Source: Haliotis rufescens | Lineage: Eukaryota | Direction: 5' to 3' | NCBI RefSeq assembly: GCF_023055435.1 | Contig: NW_025964372.1 | Span: 6,758,001 to 6,822,000 of the forward strand | Length of the DNA stretch: 64,000 nt | In this document: positions 25,773 to 38,290 of the stretch, piece after piece | Layout of the letters: every line of letters starts with the position of its first letter | Numbering within the stretch: the stretch's first letter is position 1 | Program-made: the position numbers and the translations under genes | The notes under the pieces: model-generated | Told to the model about the DNA's origin: nothing | The model's input: only the letters and a program-made list of their open reading frames with translations | Database searches by the model: none

Positions 25773-27129
25773 AATTAAAACAGACATAACTTGTCTGCTA
25801 GCTGAGAACTTACGATCTGTCTAGCAATGTATGGTTACAGACATTACAACGTCACAGTTTCGCCGACTACAATGTCTGGAATTGGTCGCAACCAGAAACC
25901 AGACCAAAGAGCGTAGTTCCTCTGTGAGCTCAAGGAGCAGGTTGAGACGTTCTGGGCAATAGCTGCCCCACTTTAACATGTTCGTATTAACCTCACAGCT
26001 CCTTAGAACACCCAGTCTCGCCCAGCGCCGATAAACCTGGCGTCTATTTCATTTGATATATCCCATGGTGGTTGTCATTTGACCCCTCAAGACATCTCCT
26101 TTGATTCAAGGAACTTCCTTCCACGCTTTTAAGCCGCATATTTTCCACGGAAACAGGGTCCATTTCGAGACATCTTCAAGAACAAAATAGAATATAAGTT
26201 GTTTTTCCAGGAAATTGAAAAAGAAATATAATGCACATGTTTTGATGTTCAAGGAGAATTCATTCGGAAACCCATTAAGGCCGTTGATTTGATATCCCCT
26301 TATTACCTAAAACAACTTAAGCAGTTTTTCTTTGTTTTGCAAAAGCCCATAATAGCTTTCGTCACGAGTGGAGTCATGACAATAACGCATGCAAAAAACT
26401 AATATTGATGACCACATGTACTTTTAGTTTTGAATTTATAATTCGATAATGCCTCACATAATCGAAATACAGAGTGAACCTTCAACTTTGATAAATACAA
26501 AAAACAATTGTTATGGTACGATTTTGTCTCCCGTTTCTAAAAATAGGTTCGTACCAGCAGCAAAGCACAAGAAATCGCAACAGAATACCACTTCGTGATG
26601 CCAAAGAAGAATTCTGAAATTTAATAGGATTGACAAGAATTTTGGGGAAGGATTGGGTAAAAAAGCGGATACTATTATTACAAAACGCGTTTGAAATTCG
26701 ATGCCCAATTCGTATCTAAGCCACTACATCATCGCCCTTGCAAGTAAGGTCACAATGACCTTGTAATGCGCTACATTCTGATCGTAGCATCGAGTATCGT
26801 CCCAAAGGCCTTCTCAGCCCCAGTGCATATCCACAGCTATATCAACCATGCCCACCACAATCCAATTAATCTAAAGCATTACTATCAAACATCAACCGAA
26901 TGACATAAAATATGACGACCGTCAAAAGCTAATGTATGTCTTTTGTGCATGACTTTGATTGTAGCTGAGATATTTGCACTGAATCCCTTTCTCAACAGCC
27001 ATGCAAACAAAGAGTTCGGCCTATCAATAAGCCCGTGTTTATCTATGTACTCTGTAATTATCGATGTCTATGACTGATGAAAGGAACAACGTTCACAATC
27101 CATCATTATTACTTTATTGATGAGGGTTG

Positions 27130-30100
27130 TAGTGTCCTGATAGCTATTCTGTTGTAGCGAGACGCTCTTCTGTTGTAGCGAGACGTTCTCCTCTTGTAGC
27201 GAATTGTTGTTCTGGTGTAGCGTGACGTTCTTCTGTTGAAGCGACATGTTGTTCTGTTGTAGCGAGACGATGTTCTGTAGTGTAGTGCCTGGTGTGTAGT
27301 GCCTGGTGTGTAGTGCCTGGTGTGTAATGCCTGGTGTGTAGTGCCTGGTGTGTAGTTCCTGGTGTGTAGTGCCTGGTGTGTAGTTCCTGGTGTGTTGTGC
27401 CTTGTGTGTAGTTCCTGGTGTGTAGTGCCTGGTGTGTAGTGCCTGGTCTGTAGTGTCTGGTGTGTAGTGCCTGGTGTGCAGTGTCTGGTGTTTAGTCCCT
27501 GGTGTGTAGTGTCTGGCGTGTAGACCCTGGTATGTAGTGCCTGGTGTGTAGTTCCTGGTGTGTAGTGTCTGATGTGTAGTGTCTGGTGTGTAGTGTCCTT
27601 TGTGTAGTGTCTGATGTGTACTATCTGGGTTGTAGTGACTGGTGTGTAGTGCCTGGTGTGTAGTGCTTGGTGTGTAGTGCCTGGTGTGTAGTCCCTGTTG
27701 TGTAGTGTCTGGTGTGTCTGGTGTGTAGTGCCTGGTGTGTAGTCCATGGTGTGTAGTTCTTGGTGTTTAGTATCTGGTGTGTAGTGCCGGGTGTGTAGTG
27801 CCTGGTGTGTAGTGCCTGGTGTGTAGTGCCTGGTGTGTCGTGTCTGGTGTGTAGTGCCTGGTGTGCAGTGCCTGTTGTGTAGTGTCTGATGTGTAGTGTC
27901 TGGTGTGTAGTGTCTGGTATGTAGTCCCTGGTGTGTAGTGCCTGGTGTGCAGTACCTGGTGTGTATTGTCGGATGTGAAGTGTCGGATGTGTAGTGCCTG
28001 GTGCGTAGTGCCTGGTGTGTAGTGCCTGGTGTGTAGTGCCTGGTATGTAGTGCCTGGTGTGTAGTGCCTTGTGTTTAGTGCCTGGTGTGTAATGCCTGGT
28101 GTTTCTGGTGTGTAGTGTCTGGTGTGTAGTGTTGGGTGTTTCTGGTGTGTAGTGCCTGGTGTGTAGTGCCTTGTATGTAGTGCCTGGTGTGTAGTGCCTT
28201 GTGTTTAGTGCCTGGTGTGTAATGCCTGGTGTTTCTGGTGTGTATTGTCTTGTGTGTAGTGTCGGGTTTGTAGTGTTGGGTGTTTCAGTGTGAAGTGCCT
28301 GGTGTGTAGTGTCTGGTGTGTAGTGTCTGGTGTGTAGTGCCTGTTGTGTAGTGTCTGGTGTGTAGTGTCTGGTGTGTGGTGTCTGGTGTGTAGTATCTGG
28401 TGTGTAGTGTCTGGTGTGTAGTGCCTTGTGTTTAGTGCCTGTTGTGTAGTGTCTGATGTGTAGTGTCTGGTGTATAGTGCTTGTTGTGTAGTGTCTGGTG
28501 TGTAGTGTCTGGTGTGTAGTGGCTGGTGTGAAGTGCCTGGTGTGTAGTGTCTGGTGTCTAGTGTCTGGTGAGTGGTGCCTGTTGTATAGTGTCTGGTGTG
28601 TAGTGCCTGTTGTGTACTATCTGGGTGGTAGTGTCTGGTGTGTGGTGTCTGGTGTGTAGTGCATGGTGTATAGTGCCTGGTGTTTAGTGCCTGGTGTGTA
28701 GTGCCTGGTGTGTAGTGCCTGGTGTGTAGTCACTGGTGTGTAGTGCCTCGTGTGTAGTGCCTGGTGTGTAGTGCCCGGTGTGCAGTGCCTTGTGTTTAGT
28801 GCCTGGTGTGTAGTGCCTGGTGTGTAGTGCCTTGTGTTTAGTGCCTGGTGTGTAATGCCTGGTGTGTCTGGTGTGTAGTGTGTGGTGTGTAGTGTCGGGT
28901 GATTCTGGTGTGTGGTGTCTGGTGTGTAGTGTCTTGTGTGTAGTGTCGGGTTTGTAGTGTCGGGTGTTTCAGTGTGAAGTACCTGGTGTGTAGTGTCTGG
29001 TGTGTAGTGTCTGGTGTGTAGTGCCTGTTGTGTAGTGTCAGGTGTGTAGTGTCTGGTGTGTGGTGTCTGGTGTGTAGTGTCTGGTGTGTAGTGTCTGGTG
29101 TGTAGTGCCTGGTGTTTAGTGCCTGTCGTGTAGTGTCTGATGTGTAGTGTCTGGTGTATAGTGCCTGTTGTGTAGTGTCTGGTGTGTAGTGTCTGGTGTG
29201 TAGTGGCTGGTGTGAAGTGCCTGGTGTGTAGTGTCTGGTGTGTAGTGTCTGGTGTGTGGTGCTTGTTGTATAGTGCCTGGTGTGTAGTGCCTTGTGTTTA
29301 GTGCCTGGTGTGTCTGGTGTGTAGTGTCGGGTGATTCTCGTGTGTAGTGTCTGGTATGTGGTGTCTACTGTGTAGTGTCGGGTTTGTAGTGTCGGGTGTT
29401 TCAGTGTGAAGTGCCTGGTGTTTAGTGTCTGGTGTGTAGTGTCTGGTGTGTAGTGCCTGTTGTGTAGTGTCTGGTATATAGTGTCTGGTGTGTGGCGTCT
29501 GGTGTGTAGTGTCTGGTGTGTAGTGTCTGGTGTGTAGTGCCTGGTGTTTAGTGCCTGTCGTGTAGTGTCTGATGTGTAGTGTCTGGTGTATAGTGCCTGG
29601 TGTGTAGTGTCTGGTGTGTAGTGTCTGCTGGTAGTGTCTGCTGTGAAGTGCCTGGTGTGTAGTGTCTGCAGTGTAGTGTCTGGTGTGTGGTGCCTGTTGT
29701 ATAGTGTCTGGTGTGTAGTGTCTGGGTTGTAGTGTCTGGTGTGTGGTGTGTAGTGTCTGATGTCTAGTGTCTGGTGTATAGTGCCTGTTGTGTAGTGTCT
29801 GGTGTGTAGTGTTTGGTGTGTAGTGTCTGGTGTGAAGTGCCTGGTGTGTAGTGTCTGGTGTGTAGTGTCTGATGTGTAGTGTCTGATCTATAGTGTCTGG
29901 TGTGTAGTGGCTAGTGTGAAGTGCCTGGTGTGTAGTGTCTGGTGTGTAGTGTCTGGTGTGTGGTGTCTGGTGTGTAGTGTCTGATGTGTAGTGTCTGATC
30001 TATAGTGTCTGGTGTGTCTGGTGTGTAGTGCCTGTCGTGTAGTGTCTGATGTGTAGTGTCTGGTGTGTAGTGTTTGGTGTGTAGTGTCTGATGTGTAGTG

Positions 30101-33100
30101 CCTGGTGTTTAGTGCCTGTCGTGTAGTGTCTGATGTGTAGTGTCTGGTGTATAGTGCCTGTTGTGTAGTGTCTGGTGTGTAGTGTCTGGCGTGTAGTGGC
30201 TGGTGTGAAGTGCCTGGTGTGTAGTGTCTGATGTATAGTGTCTGGTGTGTAGTGGCTGGTGTGAAGTGCCTGGTGTGTAGTGTCTGGTGTGCAGTGGCTG
30301 GTGTGAAGTGCCTGGTGTGTAGTGTCTGATGTGTAGTGTCTGGGTTGTAGTGGTGTCTGATGTGTAGTGTCTAGTGTGTAGTCCATGGTGTGTGGTGTCT
30401 GATGTGTAGTGCCTGGTGTGCAGTGTCTGATGTGTAGTGTCTGGTGTGTGGTGTCTGGTGTGTAGTGCCTGGTGTGTAGTGTCTGGTGTGTAGTGCCTGG
30501 TGTGTAGTGTCTGATGTGTAGTGTCTGGTGTATAGTGCCTGTTGTGTAGTGTCTAGTGTGTAGTGTCTGGTGTGTAGTGGCTGGTGTGAAGTGCCTGGTG
30601 TGTAGTGTCTGGTGTCTAGTGTCTGGTGTGTGGTGCCTGTTGTATAGTGTCTGGTGTGTAGTGCCTGTTGTGTACTATCTGGGTGGTAGTGTCTGGTGTG
30701 TAGTGTCTGGTGTGTAGTGCATGGTGTATAGTGCCTGGTGTGTAGTGCCTGGTGTGTAGTGCCTGGTGTGTAGTGCCTGGTGTGTAGTCCCTGGTGTGTA
30801 GTGCCTCGTGTGTAGTGCCTGGTGTGTAGTGCCCGGTGTGTAGTGCCTTGTGTTAAGTGCCTGGTGTGTAGTGCCTGGTGTGTAGTGCCTTGTGTTTAGT
30901 GCCTAGTGTGTAATGCCTGGTGTGTCTGGTGTGTAGTGTCTCGTGTGTAGTGTGTGGTGTGTAGTGTCGGGTGATTCTGGTGTGTGGTGTCTGGTGTGTA
31001 GTGTTGGGTGTTTCTGGTGTGTAGTGCCTGGTGTGTAGTGCCTTGTATGTAGTGCCTGGTGTGTAGTGCCTTGTGTTTAGTGCCTGGTGTGTAATGCCTG
31101 GTGTTTCTGGTGTGTATTGTCTTGTGTGTAGTGTCGGGTTTGTAGTGTTGGGTGTTTCAGTGTGAAGTGCCTGGTGTGTAGTGTCTGGTGTGTAGTGTCT
31201 GGTGTGTAGTGCCTGTTGTGTAGTGTCTGGTGTGTAGTGTCTGGGTTGTAGTGTCTGGTGTGTGGTGTGTAGTGTCTGATGTGTAGTGTCTGGTGTATAG
31301 TGCCTGTTGTGTAGTGTCTGGTGTGTAGTGTTTGGTGTGTAGTGTCTGGTGTGAAGTGCCTGGTGTGTAGTGTCTGGTGTGTAGTGTCTGTTGTATAGTG
31401 TCTGGTGTGTAGTGTCTGGGTTGTAGTGTCTGGTGTGTGGTGTGTAGTGTCTGATGTGTAGTGTCTGGTGTATAGTGCCTGTTGTGTAGTGTCTGGTGTG
31501 TAGTGTTTGGTGTGTAGTGTCTGGTGTGAAGTGCCTGGTGTGTAGTGTCTGGTGTGTAGTGTCTGGTGTGTAGTGTCTGGTGTGTGGTGTCTGGTGTGTA
31601 GTGTCTGATGTGTAGTGTCTGGTGTGTAGTGTCTGGTGTGTAGTGCCTGGTGTTTAGTGCCTGTCGTGTAGTGTCTGATGTGTAGTGTCTGGTGTATAGT
31701 GCCTGTTGTGTAGTGTCTGGTGTGTAGTGGCTGGTGTGAAGTGCCTGGTGTGTAGTGTCTGATGTGTAGTGTCTGGTGTGTAGTGGCTGGTGTGAAGTGC
31801 CTGGTGTGTAGTGTCTGGTGTGTAGTGTCTGGTGTGAAGTGCCTGGTGTGTAGTGTCTGATGTGTAGTGTCTGGGTTGTAGTGGTGTCTGATGTGTAGTG
31901 TCTAGTGTGTAGTCCCTGGTATGTGGTGTCTGATGTGTAGTGCCTGGTGTGCAGTGTCTGATGTGTAGTGTCTGGTGTGTGGTGTCTGGTGTGTTGTGTC
32001 TGGTGTGTAGTGCCTGGTGTTTAGTGTCTGGGTTGTAGTGCCTGGTGTGTAGTGTCTGGTGTGTAGTGCCTGGTGTGTAGTGTCTGATGTGTAGTGTCCT
32101 GTGTGTAGTGCCTTGTGTGTAGTGTCCTGTGTGAAGTGTCTGGTGTGTAGTGTCTGATCTGTAGTGTCTGGTGTGTAGTGCCTGGTGTGTAGTGTCTGGT
32201 GTGTGGTGTCTGGTGTGTAGTGTCTAGTGTGAAGTGCCTGGTGTGTATTGTCTGGTGTGTAGTGTCTGGGTTGTAGTGTCTGGTGTGTGGTGTCTGGTGT
32301 GTAGTGTCTGATGTGTAGTGTCTGGTGTATAGTGCCTGTTGTGTAGTGTCTGGTGTGTAGTGTCTGGTGTGTAGTGTCTGGTGTGTAGTGCCTGTTGTGT
32401 AGTGTCTGGTGTGTAGTGTCTGATCTGTAGTGTCTGGTGTGTAGTGCCTGGTGTGTAGTGTCTGGTGTGTAGTGTGTAGTGCTTGGTGTGTAGTGTCTGG
32501 TGTGTAGTGCCTTGTGTGTAGTGCCTGTTGTGTAGTGTCTGGTGTGTAGTGTCTGATGTGTAGTGTCTGGTGTGTAGTGTCTGGTGTGTAGTGCCTGGTG
32601 TTTAGTGCCTGTCGTGTAGTGTCTGATGTGTAGTGTCTGGTGTATAGTGCCTGTTGTGTAGTGTCTGGTGTGTAGTGGCTGGTGTGAAGTGCCTGGTGTG
32701 TAGTGTCTGATGTGTAGTGTCTGGTGTGTAGTGGCTGGTGTGAAGTGCCTGGTGTGTAGTGTCTGGTGTGTAGTGTCTGGTGTGAAGTGCCTGGTGTGTA
32801 GTGTCTGATGTGTAGTGTCTGGGTTGTAGTGGTGTCTGATGTGTAGTGTCTAGTGTGTAGTCCCTGGTATGTGGTGTCTGATGTGTAGTGCCTGGTGTGC
32901 AGTGTCTGATGTGTAGTGTCTGGTGTGTGGTGTCTGGTGTGTTGTGTCTGGTGTGTAGTGCCTGGTGTTTAGTGTCTGGGTTGTAGTGCCTGGTGTGTAG
33001 TGTCTGGTGTGTAGTGCCTGGTGTGTAGTGTCTGATGTGTAGTGTCCTGTGTGTAGTGCCTTGTGTGTAGTGTCCTGTGTGAAGTGTCTGGTGTGTAGTG

Positions 33101-34028
33101 TCTGATCTGTAGTGTCTGGTGTGTAGTGCCTGGTGTGTAGTGTCTGGTGTGTGGTGTCTGGTGTGTAGTGTCTAGTGTGAAGTGCCTGGTGTGTATTGTC
33201 TGGTGTGTAGTGTCTGGGTTGTAGTGTCTGGTGTGTGGTGTCTGGTGTGTAGTGTCTGATGTGTAGTGTCTGGTGTATAGTGCCTGTTGTGTAGTGTCTG
33301 GTGTGTAGTGTCTGGTGTGTAGTGTCTGGTGTGTAGTGCCTGTTGTGTAGTGTCTGGTGTGTAGTGTCTGATCTGTAGTGTCTGGTGTGTAGTGCCTGGT
33401 GTGTAGTGTCTGGTGTGTAGTGTGTAGTGCTTGGTGTGTAGTGTCTGGTGTGGAGTGCCTTGTGTGTAGTGCCTGTTGTGTAGTGTCTGATGTGAAGTGT
33501 CGGGTGTCTCAGTGTGTACTGTCTAGTGTGTCGTGCCTGGTGTGTAGTGTCTAGTGTGGAGTGCCTGGTGTGTAGTGCCTGGTGTGTAGTGCCTGGTTTG
33601 CAGTGCCTGGTGTGTAGTGTCTGATGTGTAGTGCCTGGTGTGCAGTGTCTGGTGTGTAGTGTCTAGTGTGTAGTCCCTGGTGTGTGGTGTCTGATGTGTA
33701 GTGCCTGGTGTGCAGTGTCTGATGTGTATTGTCTGGTGTGTGGTGTCTGGTGTGTCGTGTCTGATGTGTACTATCAGGGTTGTAGTGGTGTCTGATGTGT
33801 AGTGTCTATTGTGTAGTCCCTGGTGTGAGGTGTCTGATGTGTAGTACCTGATGTCTACTATCTGGGTTGTAGTGGTGTCTGATTCGTAGTGTCTAGTGTG
33901 TAGTGCCTGGTGTGCAGTGTCTGATGTGTATTGTCTGGTGTGTGGTGTCTGGTGTGTAGTGTCTGATGTGTACTATCTGGGTTGTAGTGGTGTCTGATGT
34001 GTAGTGTCTAGTGTGTAGTGCCTGGTGT
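27130..34028. repeat. ~6.8-kb satellite of 14-bp units (GCCTGGTGTGTAGT / GTCTGGTGTGTAGT), preceded by a short 21-bp repeat
   Basis: Roughly 480 units with higher-order duplications, inside intron 2 of the GLIPR2-like gene. Confidence 0.98.
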
Positions 34029-35149
34029 AACTTAAGTCGCCTCTGTCGCATGCCGAGATCTGTAACAGTTACAGAGTGGTGAACGTGGCGTAAACTCAAA
34101 ACACAAACAACCATAACCCATTCTACAATCATACTAACATTGCATCATAATTGTCATAATCTGGACTTTGATCCCCTGGTATGCACAAGGGGAATATGAA
34201 CCAAACCGAGTTTGAAATATTCACTAGGATGGTTGCCAATGCAGACGCCATTTTGAATGTAGCTGACATCGCACGGTCAGCGACAAAACATTGACTAATG
34301 CCTATACTTGAAGTATATTTATTTATTACACATGCGGGATCTGAAAGTCCCGAGATATGATGACACCAACGTCATGTCCATGTATTTTTGTACGTTGTCA
34401 ACAAATATTTCGCAATGCACAAGGTGAAGACTCGAATCTCGTGTACATCTATTTATAACCCAGCGCGTTCACTCTTCAAAGTTAACTGTGGGTTTGTTTT
34501 GCGTCAGCTTAAATCAGCATGCCCCGAGGTATTGATTATTTTTCCAAAGGTCTTCATGTACGGGGATATATTTTTCCAGATGTAGATTCATCCAATGTTT
34601 CGATCTCAAGTAAAATGCCACGAATATTCTCATTACGTTCAATGTGCCGTATGGAAATTTAAAAATACAATCAATCAAATGTCCCACGTCGGTGCAACGG
34701 TGATGCGAGGTGAATCGGGATGGCATGAGACTGTTTAAGGAACATGTACTAAGGTTTATTGGATCTTGGTCTTGATGAATCTTGTAGGAGAAAACTTAGC
34801 ACGAAAACCTCGTTTCTCTCTCCTGTCTGTCACGACCCCGCTTTGATTATCGCAGTTTAGTGGGTTTGACTGATAGATGGGATGTGTGTCAGATGAACTG
34901 ATGCGTCAGGGATGCGTATGTCTGATTAGGTATTGGGTCAGGGATGCGAATGAATGAATGAATGAATGAATGAATGTAAGGTGAGGTGATGCGTCAGGGA
35001 TGCGAATGAATGAATGAATGAATGAATGAATGTAAGGTGAGGTGATACGTCAGGGATGCGTATATCAGTTGATTTGTCAACCTAGATCAAACTAAACAAT
35101 GGTATCGGAAAGACGCTTAAAGTTCGACCGAGTGTTCAGGCGTGAGTGA

Positions 35150-36370
35150 CAGCCTAATGTAAGAGTGAGTGCATTATGTAAGAGTTGATTCGTAACGTAA
35201 GATCGAATGCCTAATGTAAGAGTGGGTGCCTAAAGTAAGAGTAAGTGTCCAACTTAAAAGTGGGTGCCTTACGTAAGATTGAGTGTCTTGAGTAAGAGTA
35301 AGTGTCCAACTTAAGAGTGGGTGCCTTACGTAAGAATGAGCGCCTAAAGTAAGAATAAGTGTCCAACTTAAGAGTGGGTGCCTTACGTAAGAATGAGCGC
35401 CTAAAGTAAGAGTAAGTGTCCAACTTAAGAGTGGGTGCCTTACGTAAGAGTGAATATCTAACGTAAGAGTAAGTGTCCAACCTAATGGGGCCGTCACACC
35501 ATGACGTTCTGGTCAGCGTTCTATGACGTTTGAGGAAACGTTGGTAGTCGCCCATGGTCGCTGGGAAAGCGCCAGAAGAGCGTTGTGTGAACGCTAGTGA
35601 ACGTCGGTGATCGCCGGGAATCGGCGGAGAACGCTGGTCCGGAAAAAAAAGTTTTGAACATGCACAAAAGTTCTCACTGAGACCAGCGTTCTTCAACGTT
35701 TAATTTTAAACGCTGAAGAACGTTTAAGAACGTTCGTGGAACGTTTTACTAACGTTCGCCGAGCGTTGCACGCGTTCGGCTATCGTTAGTCAGTCGTTAC
35801 TCTAGCGTTACTTGGTTGTTACTAATCGTTTGCTTTGCATTGAACGACTCACTGGCGACCTGTCAACGACCGCTGAACGGTCCCCTAGCGCACGCAGCGC
35901 ACGCAGACGCTATTCTGTCGTTATTCACACGTTAGTCACACGCTCAACACGCTCGTCTAACGTTGACAAATCGTTCGTCGCACGCCAGTGGCACGTTAGC
36001 ACACGCTAATGGTTTTCAGGGGGATCTTACTTGGCCGCTGTTACACGCTTCTCGTGCGTTAGACACACGCTAGTCATGCGTTAGGCACACGTTAATCACA
36101 CGCCAGATGTGTCATCCTCATTCTAGAACGCTCAAAAATTGAACGATTGAAATGTTCAGAGAACGTTGATCAGAACGTCATGGTGTGACGGCCCCTTAAG
36201 AGTGGGTGCCTTACGTAAGAATGAGCGCCTAAAGTAGGAGTAAGTGTCCAACTTAAGAGTGGGCGCCTAACGTAAGAATGAGTGTCCAACTTAAGAGTGG
36301 GTGTCTGACGTAAGAGTGAATGTCTAACGTAAGAATGAGTGCCTAAAGTAAGACTATTAATGAGTGCCAG
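35150..36370. repeat. 19-bp-subunit / 57-bp minisatellite split by a MITE
   Basis: TAAGAGTGGGTGCCTTACG-type units on both sides of 35486-36196. Confidence 0.9.
35486..36196. mobile_element. PIF/Harbinger-type MITE
   Basis: TIR GGGGCCGTCACACCATGACGTTCTG, with TAA on both sides. Confidence 0.8.
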
Positions 36371-36812
36371 TCTCATACAGATCAGATCTTAGTGCTACAC
36401 GAAGATCAAAGGAAATCCTATAACAGAAAGATCTTTTATCCGAGCAATCAGAGCATCGCTTACCAGATTGCGAAGTGAATTCCAGATGTGTTTTTTAATC
36501 ATGCAACCTCGAGAAGGTGAACATGTGGCATTCCGAGCGACGGTTACTGGCTGTTATGGGATAGACATTTAAAATGGAAGGGACTTTCCCAGCCCGTGGG
36601 AAGTACTGCCATACACTATCGGCCATCCATTAGACATTCCAGAATTGTCTTCAGTTTTCAAGTTTTGAATCAAGAAATTTGTAAAAATATTTTTAAACCA
36701 TAACCTGGAAAGGATACCAAGGTATCAGAATGAACGTAGGTTAACGCGGTGTAAAACCATCACCTTGATGAAGACCATATGTAAATTACGATAACTTTTG
36801 GAAAAGCTTCTA

Positions 36813-36995
36813 CAGTAAACTGCGGTTATAACGAACTCAAAGGGACCATTAATTTTAGTTCGTAATAACCGAATAACCGTAGTTCGTTATAAGCATATAT
36901 ACAACATATATACAACAAATGGTCGGGACTTAAAAATAAGTTCGTTATATCGGTCAGTTCGTTATAAGCGTGTTCGTTATTAACGTAGTTTACTG
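36813..36995. mobile_element. Tigger/pogo-type MITE
   Basis: TA|CAGTAAACT...AGTTTACTG|TA, with repeated GTTCGTTAT motifs. Confidence 0.85.
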
Positions 36996-37438
36996 TATGT
37001 CATAAGTAAACTATTGTTATCCTAGTTCAAGGTCGTCTGGAAAGATTTGACAAGTGGAGTCACTAGCTTATCTTTGATGTGGTTAATTTGATTCATTTAG
37101 GAGATAAACCTAGTATGTTTTGAAATTTGATGTAGTTCCACTGTAGAGTAGATACATCTTAGTTTAATTTGGAACCGAGCGCTTTAGCCATATGAAACAT
37201 GTTGTCACGAATAAAGTTTCTTCAAACATGCTTTATAATGTTTTATGTTACTGTCATTGTCGGTTGTTTCAATGAGGAAATAGCCTCTTCTGATTCTGGT
37301 CGCCACAGAATATCCCAAACAGTTTCATAAACATTTCATTTGTATGGAAAAGATATGCTACCGTTAAATCTTGTAATGACAACAACGTAGCAGTCAGGGT
37401 TGCGGCCTAGAACACCAAAGACATCCGATATCAAACTA

Positions 37439-37548
37439 CCGTATTTCCTCTATTAGACGCTAGGCCGTCTATTAATTTCGCCCTTGACTCGGCGTGTATT
37501 AGAGACCTGACTTGTATTTGAGACCCAGCGTATAATAGAGGAAATATA
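37439..37548. mobile_element. Small CCGTA-terminus MITE
   Basis: CCGTATTTCCTCTATTA ... TAATAGAGGAAATA. Confidence 0.65.
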
Positions 37549-37905
37549 GAAACATTTTACAGTTCATATGGGGTGATCGATCGGCATCCATTTTTTTATG
37601 AATCGATATGTGGACTATCGATGTATTCATACGCACGTTTTTTGTTCGAAAAGGCTAGATATATTTGAAAGGGGTTTCCGTAGCAAAAAGGAAAAGATAC
37701 CCACCCGGCTCGGTTCGCCTCGAACAGTAAAGGAGCAGTGATATAACTTCAGTTTAACCCTGATCGTGATGTATAAATAGTTCGTAAAACACAACTATTG
37801 TGTCAGTCAGTCAGTCAGTCAGTCAGTCAGTGCTAATGGATATCAGGTATACGCTTAAATATGAAGACACAAGTAAACGGCAACAAGTTTTAACAGAGAT
37901 ATAAG

Positions 37906-38013
37906 GTCCAGGGCTCCGTTCCGTAGCGTTAAGACGATCGTAAATCCCATACTTTAACATAGACTTACGATAGTCGTAGCTCTATGATGGCTTTGTGGAA
38001 CGGAGCCCTGGAC
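37906..38013. mobile_element. ~108-bp MITE
   Basis: 17-bp TIR GTCCAGGGCTCCGTTCC. Relatives lie at 8485-8595 and 44273-44370. Confidence 0.75.
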
Positions 38014-38128
38014 AACTGGCATGTTGCGTTGATACGGTCACGTGAACGAAAAGTTCCAATATGGATTCCTGCCAGTTCTGGCTGATGCTCTATTGGAATG
38101 ATCTGAGTCTAGTTTACAGTTACTCTAC

Positions 38129-38290
38129 CTGATGTTTCACTGTACTGAAGATACCCTCTCTCTGACAAACTGTTGGCCCACTCCTGCGATTCTTTACACA
38201 ATTCATCCGAGGGAGATAATTCTGGACTTCCGTGGCACACCCGGAACGAGTTATGTCCCTTTATCATTTCCTGTTTGAAGAGACTGAAAT
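38129..38290 (-). CDS. GLIPR2: GAPR-1/GLIPR2-like CAP protein, exon 2
   Basis: Acceptor ctcctttgcag|AT and donor TCAG|gtagag. Encodes DFSLFKQEMIKGHNSFRVCHGSPELSPSDELCKESQEWANSLSERGYLQYSETS, with the HNxxRxxH CAP motif. Confidence 0.9.

Noticed and set aside
27109-34132. His/Thr-rich ORFs (HYTPGTTHQALHTR)n
   Set aside because: They are products of the 14-bp satellite, with frequent frame breaks.
35174-35696. Repetitive ORFs on the - strand
   Set aside because: They are translations of the 57-bp minisatellite and the MITE end.
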